From the NCBI GenBank assembly GCA_028715625.1, contig JAQURL010000002.1:2438-66437 (forward strand): a DNA stretch of 64,000 nucleotides. The letters are read 5' to 3'. Below, in pieces: positions 39,842-47,728 of this stretch (the first letter of the stretch is position 1; the number at the start of each line of letters is the position of its first letter). A program made the position numbers and the translations under genes. Source of the DNA: Candidatus Margulisiibacteriota bacterium. Its GTDB lineage: Bacteria > Margulisbacteria > Riflemargulisbacteria > GWF2-35-9. Below the pieces are notes generated by a model. That model was not told the origin of the DNA and made no database searches. It worked only from the letters and a program-made list of their open reading frames with translations.

Positions 39842-40642
39842 TTATGTTTTATTAGGCTCTTCTTTTAATATTGGCTCAATAAAACCGTCTCTCTCCAGAT
39901 TTTTGGATAGTTCTATTATATATTGCTGTGATTTATTAATATCAGACTTGGAATATTTGTTCTTTCCCAATTCTATACCCTGTTGCACTATGTTTTTTAC
40001 TCCTTTTGGCAACACATCATAAAGGCGGCTTATTTGTTCCTGAGGCTGATGACAAAAAGCTATAGACAGGATATCGCTCTGTATCTCTGAAAAAATTCTG
40101 AGAAAATCCTTTTCGCTAACCTTAAATAAATCTTCGAACATAATCATTATACCTCTAAAATCTTTTTCGTTTTCAGGATATTTAACCTTATAAACATTTG
40201 ATAAATTAATTTTTTGATCAATATCGAGATATTCCAGAATTTTCGCCAGAACATATTTGCCTCCAAACTGCTCTGTAAGTAATCTTCTTAAGATTTTATC
40301 AAAATTTTCGATTTCTTTTTTTGTATATTGAATCAGAGACATCAATTCAGAAATTATTATGGCTTTTATATCATCCTGAAATTCCTCAAGAATTTTTTCA
40401 GCAATTTCTGGCCTGACTGATGATATGACCAGACAAACATATTTTAAGTTTTCCGGTTTTGCTCCCAGAATTTTTTTTAAAACATGAGCTGTATGATATG
40501 AGTTATATTCATTTATATAAGTAAAAAAATTCTGGGGCTGGGTTATATTCTGGTCTATTGGCTTCTCCATTTGTATAGAATCCTTTATATCATCTCTGGT
40601 TACTTTATTGGCTTTATTTACAGGCTTAACTTCTTTACTCAT
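39842..40642 (-). CDS. FliG-like protein (middle + C-terminal domains only, no FliF-binding N-domain)
   Basis: 266 aa. KPENLKYVCLVISSVRPEIAEKILEEF resembles FliG-M EHPQTIALILSxLxPxxAAxIL. FGGKYVLAKILEYL matches the GG linker region. IMIMFEDLFKVSEKDFLRIFSEIQSDILSIAF resembles MFVFEDIxxLDDRSIQxxLREVDxxxLAxAL. DINKSQQYIIELSKNLERDGFI resembles VEEAQQKIVxxxRRLEEAGEI. 8-nt overlap with the upstream gene. Confidence 0.7.
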   Translation of the reverse strand: MSKEVKPVNKANKVTRDDIKDSIQMEKPIDQNITQPQNFFTYINEYNSYHTAHVLKKILGAKPENLKYVCLVISSVRPEIAEKILEEFQDDIKAIIISELMSLIQYTKKEIENFDKILRRLLTEQFGGKYVLAKILEYLDIDQKINLSNVYKVKYPENEKDFRGIMIMFEDLFKVSEKDFLRIFSEIQSDILSIAFCHQPQEQISRLYDVLPKGVKNIVQQGIELGKNKYSKSDINKSQQYIIELSKNLERDGFIEPILKEEPNKT

Positions 40643-42131
40643 GACTTATTCTTATAAATCCTTCCTTCTCTAAATTTTGTGACATAGTAATAACCTTCTG
40701 CCGCGCTTGTTCCACATCATATCTTGAAGCAGTGTTGGTTTTCAGATTTAGCCACTGATCCACCATTGCCTGTACTCCCTTGGGCAATCTATCGGTAATC
40801 TTCCTCTGCAAGGTTGAGTCTATGTGTACCAGTGATGTGGCGATTACTTCGGTGTCTATGTCCTTAAAAATAGTTGCCAAGCTGTCTTCGTCCAATTCTA
40901 AAATGTCCTCAAACAGCACAATCAGAGAGTTTAGTTCGTCGGCAACTGCCGGGTACTGTTTTTGAATGATACGCAAAATTTTCTTTTTGTCTTCACCTGA
41001 AATTTTCTCCATAATTTGCTGTAACCGATATTTCCCACCGAAAAGATAATCAATGTTGCTTTTAATTTCTTCTTCCAAAACAGCCATATCTTTTTCGGGA
41101 TAATGTTGGAGATTTATTAGGTTATTACAAATTTCCGATTGAATTTTTATTGGATATTCTATTAGTATCGATGCCGCCAGTTTAAATGGCAAACAAGCCA
41201 TTACCACCGCTATTGTACGTGGTGATGCCTGTTGTAGTGCGATTTTAACCTGTAACAAAAATTTTAATTTATAAATATTTTCTTCATTAATAAAATTGAA
41301 ATAACGAATTCCATTGCCCAGAATGTTTTTATTCATTATTTCTATCTTTTCTTCTTCCTCTTTTTTCTTTTTCTCATCTTCCAGCATTTTTTTCTGTTCG
41401 TCAGTTGATTCAGGCTTAACCTCCCCTGCTCCCTTTGCTGCTATGTATTGGGTGGGTTCTTCAGTGCCTATTGGTTCTTTCTTCTTCCCCTTGAATAATA
41501 ACCTCCAGATAATTACCAGAAAAATTATACCGGCTAAAGCAGCCACAGCTAAGATAACTGCATTGAGCAAGCTGAACTTGCTTCTGGTCGTAAGTTTTTG
41601 TTTTGATAAAGCTTCTTTTCTTTCCAGTTCGCTAAAGTTTTCCTTTAAAATTGTAAGCTTGTCTCCTTTTTCCTCATCCAGATTTAAAAATTTTGTTACG
41701 AAAAGTTTCAGGCTTCTTAGTTCTCCCAATTTGATTTTTGAGTCCAGAATGATTATAACTTCCTTGTTTTTGATGATTGGGGATTTTTCTATTACTTCAT
41801 AATTCAAAGGCAGAGAGTTTTCGCCTCCCGCACCTTCTGTTAAAAAACGTAATGAGGGTATTCCTGGCACAATTGTGCTTTGTTTTTTTGTTCCGCCCAT
41901 GTTTTCCACACCCTCAATTTCCGGTATTTTTGTGTAGTTTATTTCCCATTTTGTTTCTTCGGCAATTAGAGAAATATAAACTATAGATTTCCCCTCACCC
42001 AAAATTTTATTTAAAGCAGATTGAACCGTATCTTCCAAATGCTTTTGAAGCATGAGTGTGCCTTGAGATTGGGAATAGGAAAATTGCAGTATAAAAATTA
42101 GCGGCAATAACAGCCTTAAAAACTTCCTCAA
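40635..42131 (-). CDS. chimeric membrane protein: FliF/SctJ-like ring-building periplasmic domain, TM, K/E linker, FliG-like (M+C) cytoplasmic domain
   Basis: 498 aa. TTG start with a GGGGG SD 5 nt upstream. Hydrophobic leader aa 5-20, periplasmic aa ~22-185 (LEDTVQSALNKILGEGKSIVYISL; EVIIILDSKIKLGELRSLKLFVTKFLNLDEEKGDKLTILKENF), TM aa ~186-212, K/E-rich linker, then a FliG-like region aa ~270-498 (ASPRTIAVVMACLPFKLAASILIEYP; FGGKYRL; LIVLFEDILELDEDSLATIFKDIDTEVIATSL; YDVEQARQKVITMSQNLEKEGFI). Confidence 0.65.
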   Translation of the reverse strand: MRKFLRLLLPLIFILQFSYSQSQGTLMLQKHLEDTVQSALNKILGEGKSIVYISLIAEETKWEINYTKIPEIEGVENMGGTKKQSTIVPGIPSLRFLTEGAGGENSLPLNYEVIEKSPIIKNKEVIIILDSKIKLGELRSLKLFVTKFLNLDEEKGDKLTILKENFSELERKEALSKQKLTTRSKFSLLNAVILAVAALAGIIFLVIIWRLLFKGKKKEPIGTEEPTQYIAAKGAGEVKPESTDEQKKMLEDEKKKKEEEEKIEIMNKNILGNGIRYFNFINEENIYKLKFLLQVKIALQQASPRTIAVVMACLPFKLAASILIEYPIKIQSEICNNLINLQHYPEKDMAVLEEEIKSNIDYLFGGKYRLQQIMEKISGEDKKKILRIIQKQYPAVADELNSLIVLFEDILELDEDSLATIFKDIDTEVIATSLVHIDSTLQRKITDRLPKGVQAMVDQWLNLKTNTASRYDVEQARQKVITMSQNLEKEGFIRISHE

Positions 42132-42220
42132 AAAAACCCCCAGTATCTGAATTTAGTTAGACTTTATTATTTAAAAGTATACACTTGAAAATATTTTTAA
42201 ACAATATTTCCATATGGTTG

Positions 42221-42265
42221 AAGATAATAAAAAGGATTGATATTAATTCATCTATCAATCCTTTT
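42221..42265 (-). terminator. rho-independent terminator after ssb
   Basis: Perfect 13-bp stem (42230-42242 AAAAGGATTGATA / 42253-42265 TATCAATCCTTTT) with a 10-nt loop. On the minus strand it is followed by TATTATCTT. It lies 12 nt downstream of the ssb stop. Confidence 0.6.
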
Positions 42266-42276
42266 TAAATTTATAG

Positions 42277-42627
42277 TTATTTACTCTTAACTGTCTTTTC
42301 TTCTGTAACTGTTTTTGAAGTTAAAAATTTGCAGTTTTCAGCAACAACTTCAGTAATCCATTTCCTTTCATTTTCTACCTTATATGTCCTTACCTGAATA
42401 CGTCCGTCAACCAGCACTTTTTTCCCTTTGCCCAAATAAGATCCGCATATCTCTGCCAGTTTTCCCCAACTTACAATGTTGAAAAAATCCACACTTGGCT
42501 CTTTGTCTTTTCCCATATAGCGCTCTACTGCTAAAGTAAAGTTTGCTTTGCTTTTCTTGCCAATTTTTACTACTTCCGGATCTTTAACTAAATTGCCCAC
42601 CAGGGTCACATGATTATAATGACTCAT
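42277..42627 (-). CDS. ssb: single-stranded DNA-binding protein, short form without an acidic C-terminal tail
   Basis: 116 aa. OB fold NHVTLVGNLVKDPEV...FFNIVSWGKLAEICGSYLGKGKKVLVDGRIQVRTY. It ends ...TVTEEKTVKSK, with no Gly/Pro-rich linker and no D-D-D-I-P-F-type tip. Confidence 0.8.
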   Translation of the reverse strand: MSHYNHVTLVGNLVKDPEVVKIGKKSKANFTLAVERYMGKDKEPSVDFFNIVSWGKLAEICGSYLGKGKKVLVDGRIQVRTYKVENERKWITEVVAENCKFLTSKTVTEEKTVKSK

Positions 42628-42740
42628 AAAAAACCTCCTAAATATTTTCTAAATGAAAGCCGGCTTATCTGACAATAAAATATCATAAAACTATTATTAC
42701 GTCAATAGTTGTTTATATATATTTAATAACGTTAATTTGG

Positions 42741-42775
42741 ATATAATAAAAATGCCCCTTGTTACGGGGGCATTT
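42741..42775 (-). terminator. rho-independent terminator after hup
   Basis: Minus strand reads AAATGCCCC-CGTAACAA-GGGGCATTT (9-bp stem, 8-nt loop) followed by TTATTATAT. It lies 13 nt downstream of the hup stop. Confidence 0.7.
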
Positions 42776-42787
42776 ATAAAGTCGAGA

Positions 42788-43060
42788 CTAGTTTACAGCA
42801 TCCTTTAATTTTTTACCTGAACTGAATACTACGGTATTCTTTGCAGGTATATTAATGGTTTTGCCGGTCTGGGGATTTCTCCCGGTTCTTGCTGCTCTTT
42901 TCTTTTTCTTCCATGTTCCAAAGCCTACCAATGAAACATCTTGTCCTTTTTTCAGAGCACCTTTTACATTGTCTAATATGGAGTCTAATACTTTAGTTAT
43001 TTCTGTTTTCTTTAATTTTGTACTTGCAGCTACGCTATCGATTAATTGACCTTTATTCAT
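42788..43060 (-). CDS. hup: HU-family nucleoid-associated DNA-binding protein
   Basis: 90 aa: MNKGQLID...VSLVGFGTWKKKKRAARTGRNPQTGKTINIPAKNTVVFSSGKKLKDAVN. Confidence 0.95.
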   Translation of the reverse strand: MNKGQLIDSVAASTKLKKTEITKVLDSILDNVKGALKKGQDVSLVGFGTWKKKKRAARTGRNPQTGKTINIPAKNTVVFSSGKKLKDAVN

Positions 43061-43185
43061 TGTCTCACCTCCTTAAAAACGAGTATATATAAGGAATATA
43101 CACTACTTTTTTAAATAAAGTCAAGTACTATAAGGAATTTAGCGGTTTTGTCTTCTTAAACCCTTTCCCAGCTTGCTTTTCATCC

Positions 43186-43214
43186 TTGCAATAGAATGCT
43201 TAATATTGTAATAT
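43186..43214 (+). promoter_or_regulatory. sigma70-like promoter candidate for clpC
   Basis: TTGCAA (43186-43191), 17-nt spacer, TAATAT (43209-43214). GGAGG SD at 43224-43228 and ATG at 43235. Confidence 0.3.
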
Positions 43215-43234
43215 ACTACAAAATGGAGGCCTAG

Positions 43235-45541
43235 ATGTTTTCAAGATTTACTCAAAAAGCTATACAAGTCATTATGTTTGCTCAGGAAAAAGCAAAAAAA
43301 ATAAAGATTCCTTTTATAAATAATGAATTGCTTTTATATGGAATTTTAAAAACTGATGACCCTTTGATTATTACAGCGCTGAATAAAGTCGGCATTGATA
43401 TCAATTATTTCAGAAGTATCATCCAGAAACACCTGCAAAACCAAAAAGGGACCTATAAAAACGAAACCATTCCTTTTTCTCCTCAGGTTAAGCTCACTTT
43501 GTCTCAGGCTTGGGATGAAGCCCGTCAACTAGGTCATAACCATGTTTCTGTGGAGCATTTATTTCTGGCGATACTAAAGGATTCTTCTCCCGGCATTACA
43601 AATGTTATCATTGAAGCGAATATTGATATTTTAAAGATTAGAAACGCTATTTTGGAGGTTCTTGGTGAAAGCTATTCTGCCTCCACGCTTCCTCCGGAAG
43701 AAGTTCGGCCGCAGACACCTACACTTGATTTATATAGTTTGGATCTAACCTTGCTGGCCAAAGAAAACAAGTTGGATCCGGTTATCGGTAGAGAATTTGA
43801 AATTAAAAGAATTATCCAAATCTTAAGTCGACGAAACAAGAACAATCCGGTTTTGACAGGTGAAGCTGGGGTTGGTAAAACGGCAATTGTTGAAGGTCTT
43901 GCTCAACGCATAGTTAATGCACAGGTCCCTCCAAATTTGCTAAATAAAAGAGTTGTAACGCTGGATCTGGGACTACTGGTAGCCGGGACACGTTTTCGGG
44001 GTGAATTTGAAGAAAGAATTAAAAAAATTCTGGACGAAATTAAGAACGACAAAACTACTGTTTTGTTTATTGACGAGCTACATACAATTATAGGCACGGG
44101 TAACTCGGAAGGTTCTCTAGACGCAGCCAATATGTTAAAACCTGCTTTGGCGCGTGGTGAAATACAGTGCATTGGCGCAACAACACTTAATGAGTTTCGT
44201 AAGACAATTGAAAATGACGCTGCTCTGGAAAGACGTTTTCAATCTATTCTTATTGACCCCCCTACTCCTGAAGAAACACTGGAAATTCTCAAGGGTCTCA
44301 GAAAAAGATATGAAGATTACCATAAGGTAACGATTACAGATGAGGCTCTGGAAGGAGCTGTCTATTATTCTTCCCGCTATATCACCAATCGTCAGTTACC
44401 TGATAAGGCGGTTGACCTTATCGATGAGGCAGCTTCCACTGAGATGTTGGAAGCATCCAAAACAAATTTATTGCAAAACAAACCCAAAAAAGAAATACTG
44501 GTAACCAGAGAATCAATTATCAGTGTTGTTTCCATTTGGACCGGAATACCCCTGAAAGAGCTTTCCCAGTCTGAAGCCGCTCGCTTAAAAAATATGGCTG
44601 AAGATATTGCCAAACATGTTATAGGTCAAACAGAAGCCATTCAGGCACTGTCCAAATCCATCAAGCGGACCAAAGCCGGCTTGAAAGATCCCAAAAGACC
44701 TACGGGTTCATTTTTGTTCCTGGGCCCCAGCGGTGTCGGTAAAACTGAGCTGGCCCGCCAGCTGGCAAAATATTTATTCGGCAAAGAGGATGCCATAGTT
44801 CGTATTGACATGAGTGAATATACCGAAAAGCACACTATTTCCCGATTAATCGGCTCTCCACCCGGATATGTAGGCTACAACGAAGGCGGTCTTTTGAGTG
44901 AGCCTGTTAGAAAAAAGCCTTATTCTATCGTTCTTTTTGATGAAATTGAAAAAGCCCATCCGGAAGTAATTAATTTGTTGCTGCAGATTATGGAAGACGG
45001 TCGATTGACTGATTCCACGGGGAAACTTGTTGACTTTAAAAATACCATTGTAATTATGACCTCTAATGTAGGAGCTAAAACTATTGAAAACACATCTTCC
45101 TTCGGTTTCCGCACAACTCAGGATGACAAAGCTGATTACGAACGCATGAAAGAAAAAATAATGGGTGAAATAAAGGAAGCTTTCAGCCCGGAATTTATCA
45201 ACCGTATTGATGATATAATAATTTTTAAAGCATTAACTAAGGAATATCTTGGACAGATTGCCCAGCTTTTTCTTGATGATTTGAACACAAGAGTTAAAGA
45301 TAAAGAGCTAATCATAAAGCTTTCTCAAGCTGCATTGGACTTTTTAATAGATAAAGCCTATGTGCCAAACAAGGGTGCTCGTTTGTTGCGTAAAGTAATA
45401 CAAGATAATATCGAAGACAAGATAGCTGATTTGTTAATTGATAAAGATTCCATTCAAAATTCCACTATCCTGGTAGATGCTAAAGATAAAGAATTGAAAT
45501 TCACTGTTAAAACAAAAAAAACCCCTAAACCGGCTAATTAA
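43235..45541 (+). CDS. clpC: ATP-dependent Clp protease ATP-binding subunit (ClpC/ClpA-type, two AAA+ modules)
   Basis: 768 aa. Double Clp_N repeat, Walker [16 protein letters not shown] and [15 protein letters not shown], the signature [23 protein letters not shown], and an FGF tripeptide at the position of the ClpP-docking loop. I recognised no long ClpB-type middle domain and no clear UVR motif. Confidence 0.85.
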   Translation: MFSRFTQKAIQVIMFAQEKAKKIKIPFINNELLLYGILKTDDPLIITALNKVGIDINYFRSIIQKHLQNQKGTYKNETIPFSPQVKLTLSQAWDEARQLGHNHVSVEHLFLAILKDSSPGITNVIIEANIDILKIRNAILEVLGESYSASTLPPEEVRPQTPTLDLYSLDLTLLAKENKLDPVIGREFEIKRIIQILSRRNKNNPVLTGEAGVGKTAIVEGLAQRIVNAQVPPNLLNKRVVTLDLGLLVAGTRFRGEFEERIKKILDEIKNDKTTVLFIDELHTIIGTGNSEGSLDAANMLKPALARGEIQCIGATTLNEFRKTIENDAALERRFQSILIDPPTPEETLEILKGLRKRYEDYHKVTITDEALEGAVYYSSRYITNRQLPDKAVDLIDEAASTEMLEASKTNLLQNKPKKEILVTRESIISVVSIWTGIPLKELSQSEAARLKNMAEDIAKHVIGQTEAIQALSKSIKRTKAGLKDPKRPTGSFLFLGPSGVGKTELARQLAKYLFGKEDAIVRIDMSEYTEKHTISRLIGSPPGYVGYNEGGLLSEPVRKKPYSIVLFDEIEKAHPEVINLLLQIMEDGRLTDSTGKLVDFKNTIVIMTSNVGAKTIENTSSFGFRTTQDDKADYERMKEKIMGEIKEAFSPEFINRIDDIIIFKALTKEYLGQIAQLFLDDLNTRVKDKELIIKLSQAALDFLIDKAYVPNKGARLLRKVIQDNIEDKIADLLIDKDSIQNSTILVDAKDKELKFTVKTKKTPKPAN

Positions 45542-46265
45542 CGGTTACTTTTTCATTTAAATAAATATTGATTTCCACTCGTCTGTTCTTTGCTTTATCC
45601 TCATCGGTATCATTAGGAACAATGGGTCTGTACTCTCCATAACCGATAGCATGCATCTTGAGCGGGGACATTTTAACTTCGTTTACCATATATTTTATTA
45701 CTGAATAAGCCCGGTCAAATGACAGATCCCAGTTTGAATCGTATTTGTCGGTGTGGATAGGAACAGTATCTGTATGACCTTCAATATCAATGGGGTTTTT
45801 TACCTTCATTAAAATTTGACCTATGTCACTAAGTATTCCTTTGGCAGATTCCTTCAATTCCGCATGCCCGCTGTCAAAAAGAATCGGTTGTTGCAAGATA
45901 ATTCTGATTTTCTTTTCCTCCAAAATGACACTGATATAATCATTTAGTTTTTCATTATTGACCAGGGTGATGATTTCTTTGGCAATCTTGAGTTCTGCCT
46001 TTTCTTCCTGAACTGCTGATTTTTGTTTCTCTGCAACAGTTTCCTTTTTCAAAACCTTTTTTTCTTCCACCACTTTTTTGAAATTGTCGCTGATTTTTTT
46101 TAAAAATTCTTCGTATGTTGTGCCTTGTGTTTTAGATACATATTGGGAGGCAAATACGAATAATAAAATAAAAAAACATAATAACTGCGACATCAAGTCG
46201 CCGAACATTACAAATCCGATCGGGCTCTCGCCTTCCTCGTGTTGTATTTTTTTTCTTTTACTCAT
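45534..46265 (-). CDS. motB: flagellar-type stator protein MotB (OmpA-like C-terminal domain)
   Basis: 243 aa. An N-terminal plug/TM region carries the conserved Asp (FVMFGDLMSQLLCFFILLF). C-terminal OmpA/MotB fold (IEGHTDTVPI...SNWDLSFDRAYSVIKYM...GYGEYRPIVPNDTDEDKAKNRRVEI). Confidence 0.85.
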   Translation of the reverse strand: MSKRKKIQHEEGESPIGFVMFGDLMSQLLCFFILLFVFASQYVSKTQGTTYEEFLKKISDNFKKVVEEKKVLKKETVAEKQKSAVQEEKAELKIAKEIITLVNNEKLNDYISVILEEKKIRIILQQPILFDSGHAELKESAKGILSDIGQILMKVKNPIDIEGHTDTVPIHTDKYDSNWDLSFDRAYSVIKYMVNEVKMSPLKMHAIGYGEYRPIVPNDTDEDKAKNRRVEINIYLNEKVTVN

Positions 46266-47042
46266 TTAGTTTGCTTTTGTACTTTTACCAATATCTGAAA
46301 AGTTGAGGTAACTTAATAAATATTTTTCAACTTTTATAGGTACTTCTCCTTTTGCTATGAACAATATTCCTTCAGCCATCATTCGCTTAAGGCTGGCCTC
46401 CTCATCGCTCATGATTCTGAGTTTCTGGGCTATCGGATTAAAAATCATCCCTGAAAAAAATCCTCCGTAAAATGTAGCGATAAGACCAAGCGCCATGGCT
46501 CGCCCCAGCTGAGATGGATCGGCCATGTTCCTTAGAACCTGTATCAACCCGATAACCGTACCTACCATGCCTGCAACCGGTGCAACAACTGAGGTGTTTT
46601 TATTAACCGTTATCAGAATATTATGCCTCTCCTGCATCTCTTCTATACTGTTATAAAGGGCCGCTCGGATAAACGGTTCCTGAAATCTTTCTACAACAAG
46701 CGTTATCCCATATTGAATGAAAGGGTCTTTAATTTTTTCTATCTCTGTCATTAAGGATGCTTTTCCGCTCTCCAGCGAAATTCTTGATAAATCCACAATT
46801 AACTTAATTGCGTCCTGCGGATCCATCTTTTTTTGGGGAATCATAATAAAAGTCATTGATTTAAAATATGATTTCAGGTTTTTAAATTTCGTTCCGAAAA
46901 TGATAGAGAAAACACAACCCCCCAAGACTATCATGCCAGCAGGTACATGGAAATAATTCTGGGGATTATGTATTAACTCCGGCACGCCGATAAATACAAT
47001 TAAAAACATGACAACAGGCGCTAAAATGACATTCCATTCCAT
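46266..47042 (-). CDS. motA: flagellar-type stator protein MotA (MotA/TolQ/ExbB proton-channel family)
   Basis: 258 aa, four TMs, with VAPVAGMVGTVIGLIQVL and MALGLIATFYGGFFSGMIFNPIAQKL, which resembles MotA TM3/TM4. Directly abuts motB. Confidence 0.8.
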   Translation of the reverse strand: MEWNVILAPVVMFLIVFIGVPELIHNPQNYFHVPAGMIVLGGCVFSIIFGTKFKNLKSYFKSMTFIMIPQKKMDPQDAIKLIVDLSRISLESGKASLMTEIEKIKDPFIQYGITLVVERFQEPFIRAALYNSIEEMQERHNILITVNKNTSVVAPVAGMVGTVIGLIQVLRNMADPSQLGRAMALGLIATFYGGFFSGMIFNPIAQKLRIMSDEEASLKRMMAEGILFIAKGEVPIKVEKYLLSYLNFSDIGKSTKAN

Positions 47043-47235
47043 AATTCAAACCCTCTTTTTTCTTAATTTTTTGAGAAACTTTTCTTTTTTAATTATATTC
47101 GCATTTAATGAATTCTCAATATAAAGTCCATAAATTAGCTTAAAGCCAAGATATTTGATAGACAACCCATTCCCGGTAATATAAAATTAGTAACGCTTAG
47201 GTAATGCTCAGCAACCAGGTTAGGTGTCACATTAA

Positions 47236-47312
47236 GCGCCTGTAGCTCAATTGGATAGAGCACATGACTACGGATCATGAGGTCGGGAGTTCGAATCTCT
47301 TCAGGCGCGCCA
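47236..47312 (+). tRNA. tRNA-Arg (anticodon ACG), CCA encoded
   Basis: Cloverleaf by hand: acceptor GCGCCTG/CAGGCGC, D-arm GCTC-AATTGGATA-GAGC, anticodon stem CATGA/TCATG with loop CTACGGA (anticodon ACG), variable AGGTC, T-arm GGGAG-TTCGAAT-CTCTT, discriminator G, then CCA. Confidence 0.9.
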
Positions 47313-47416
47313 ATCTTAGCTTGGCATTGCCGGTATATTTTTAACCCAGGCAATTGTAATATATCCATTGTTTATGATATAATTGCTGTTCTTACTGCTT
47401 ATTAGGAGGTGAGTAG

Positions 47417-47701
47417 ATGGCCGTACATATAAAACTACAAAGAAGAGGAAAAAACAAGCAGCCCATATACAGGGTCGTAGTACAAGATTCAGAAGTAGCC
47501 AGAAATGGTAAGGTAATTGATGTTCTTGGTATTTATAACCCGATTAAAACGCCAAGTATTATTGAGATAAATGAAGAAAAATCCAAAATTTGGCTGGGTA
47601 AAGGTGCTCTACCTACAAAAACTGTAGAAAGAATTTTTATTACAAAAGGGATATTGCCCCCCAAGGAAAAAAATAAAAAGGAGGACGTAAAAAAGGATTA
47701 A
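47417..47701 (+). CDS. rpsP: 30S ribosomal protein S16
   Basis: MAVHIKLQRRGKNKQPIYRVVVQDSEVARNGKVIDVLGIYNP. AGGAGG SD. Confidence 0.95.
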   Translation: MAVHIKLQRRGKNKQPIYRVVVQDSEVARNGKVIDVLGIYNPIKTPSIIEINEEKSKIWLGKGALPTKTVERIFITKGILPPKEKNKKEDVKKD

Positions 47702-47728
47702 GGAAAATTTTGTGTAGGAGGTAGACAA

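Noticed and set aside
41337-41399. Polypurine/polypyrimidine low-complexity DNA tract (ttcttcttcctcttttttctttttctc...).
   Set aside because: It is fully explained as coding sequence for the K/E-rich cytoplasmic linker (…EQKKMLEDEKKKKEEEEK…) of the FliF/FliG-like fusion. It is not an independent repeat element.
43118-43135. Possible CtsR operator upstream of clpC (AAGTCAAGTACTATAAGG).
   Set aside because: Only the first heptad resembles the (A/G)GTCAAA direct-repeat consensus. The second half-site does not match, so the evidence is insufficient.
47135-47368. 77-aa minus-strand ORF in the motA-rpsP spacer.
   Set aside because: It runs antisense through the clear tRNA-Arg(ACG) cloverleaf at 47236..47312, and its translation has no protein-like features.
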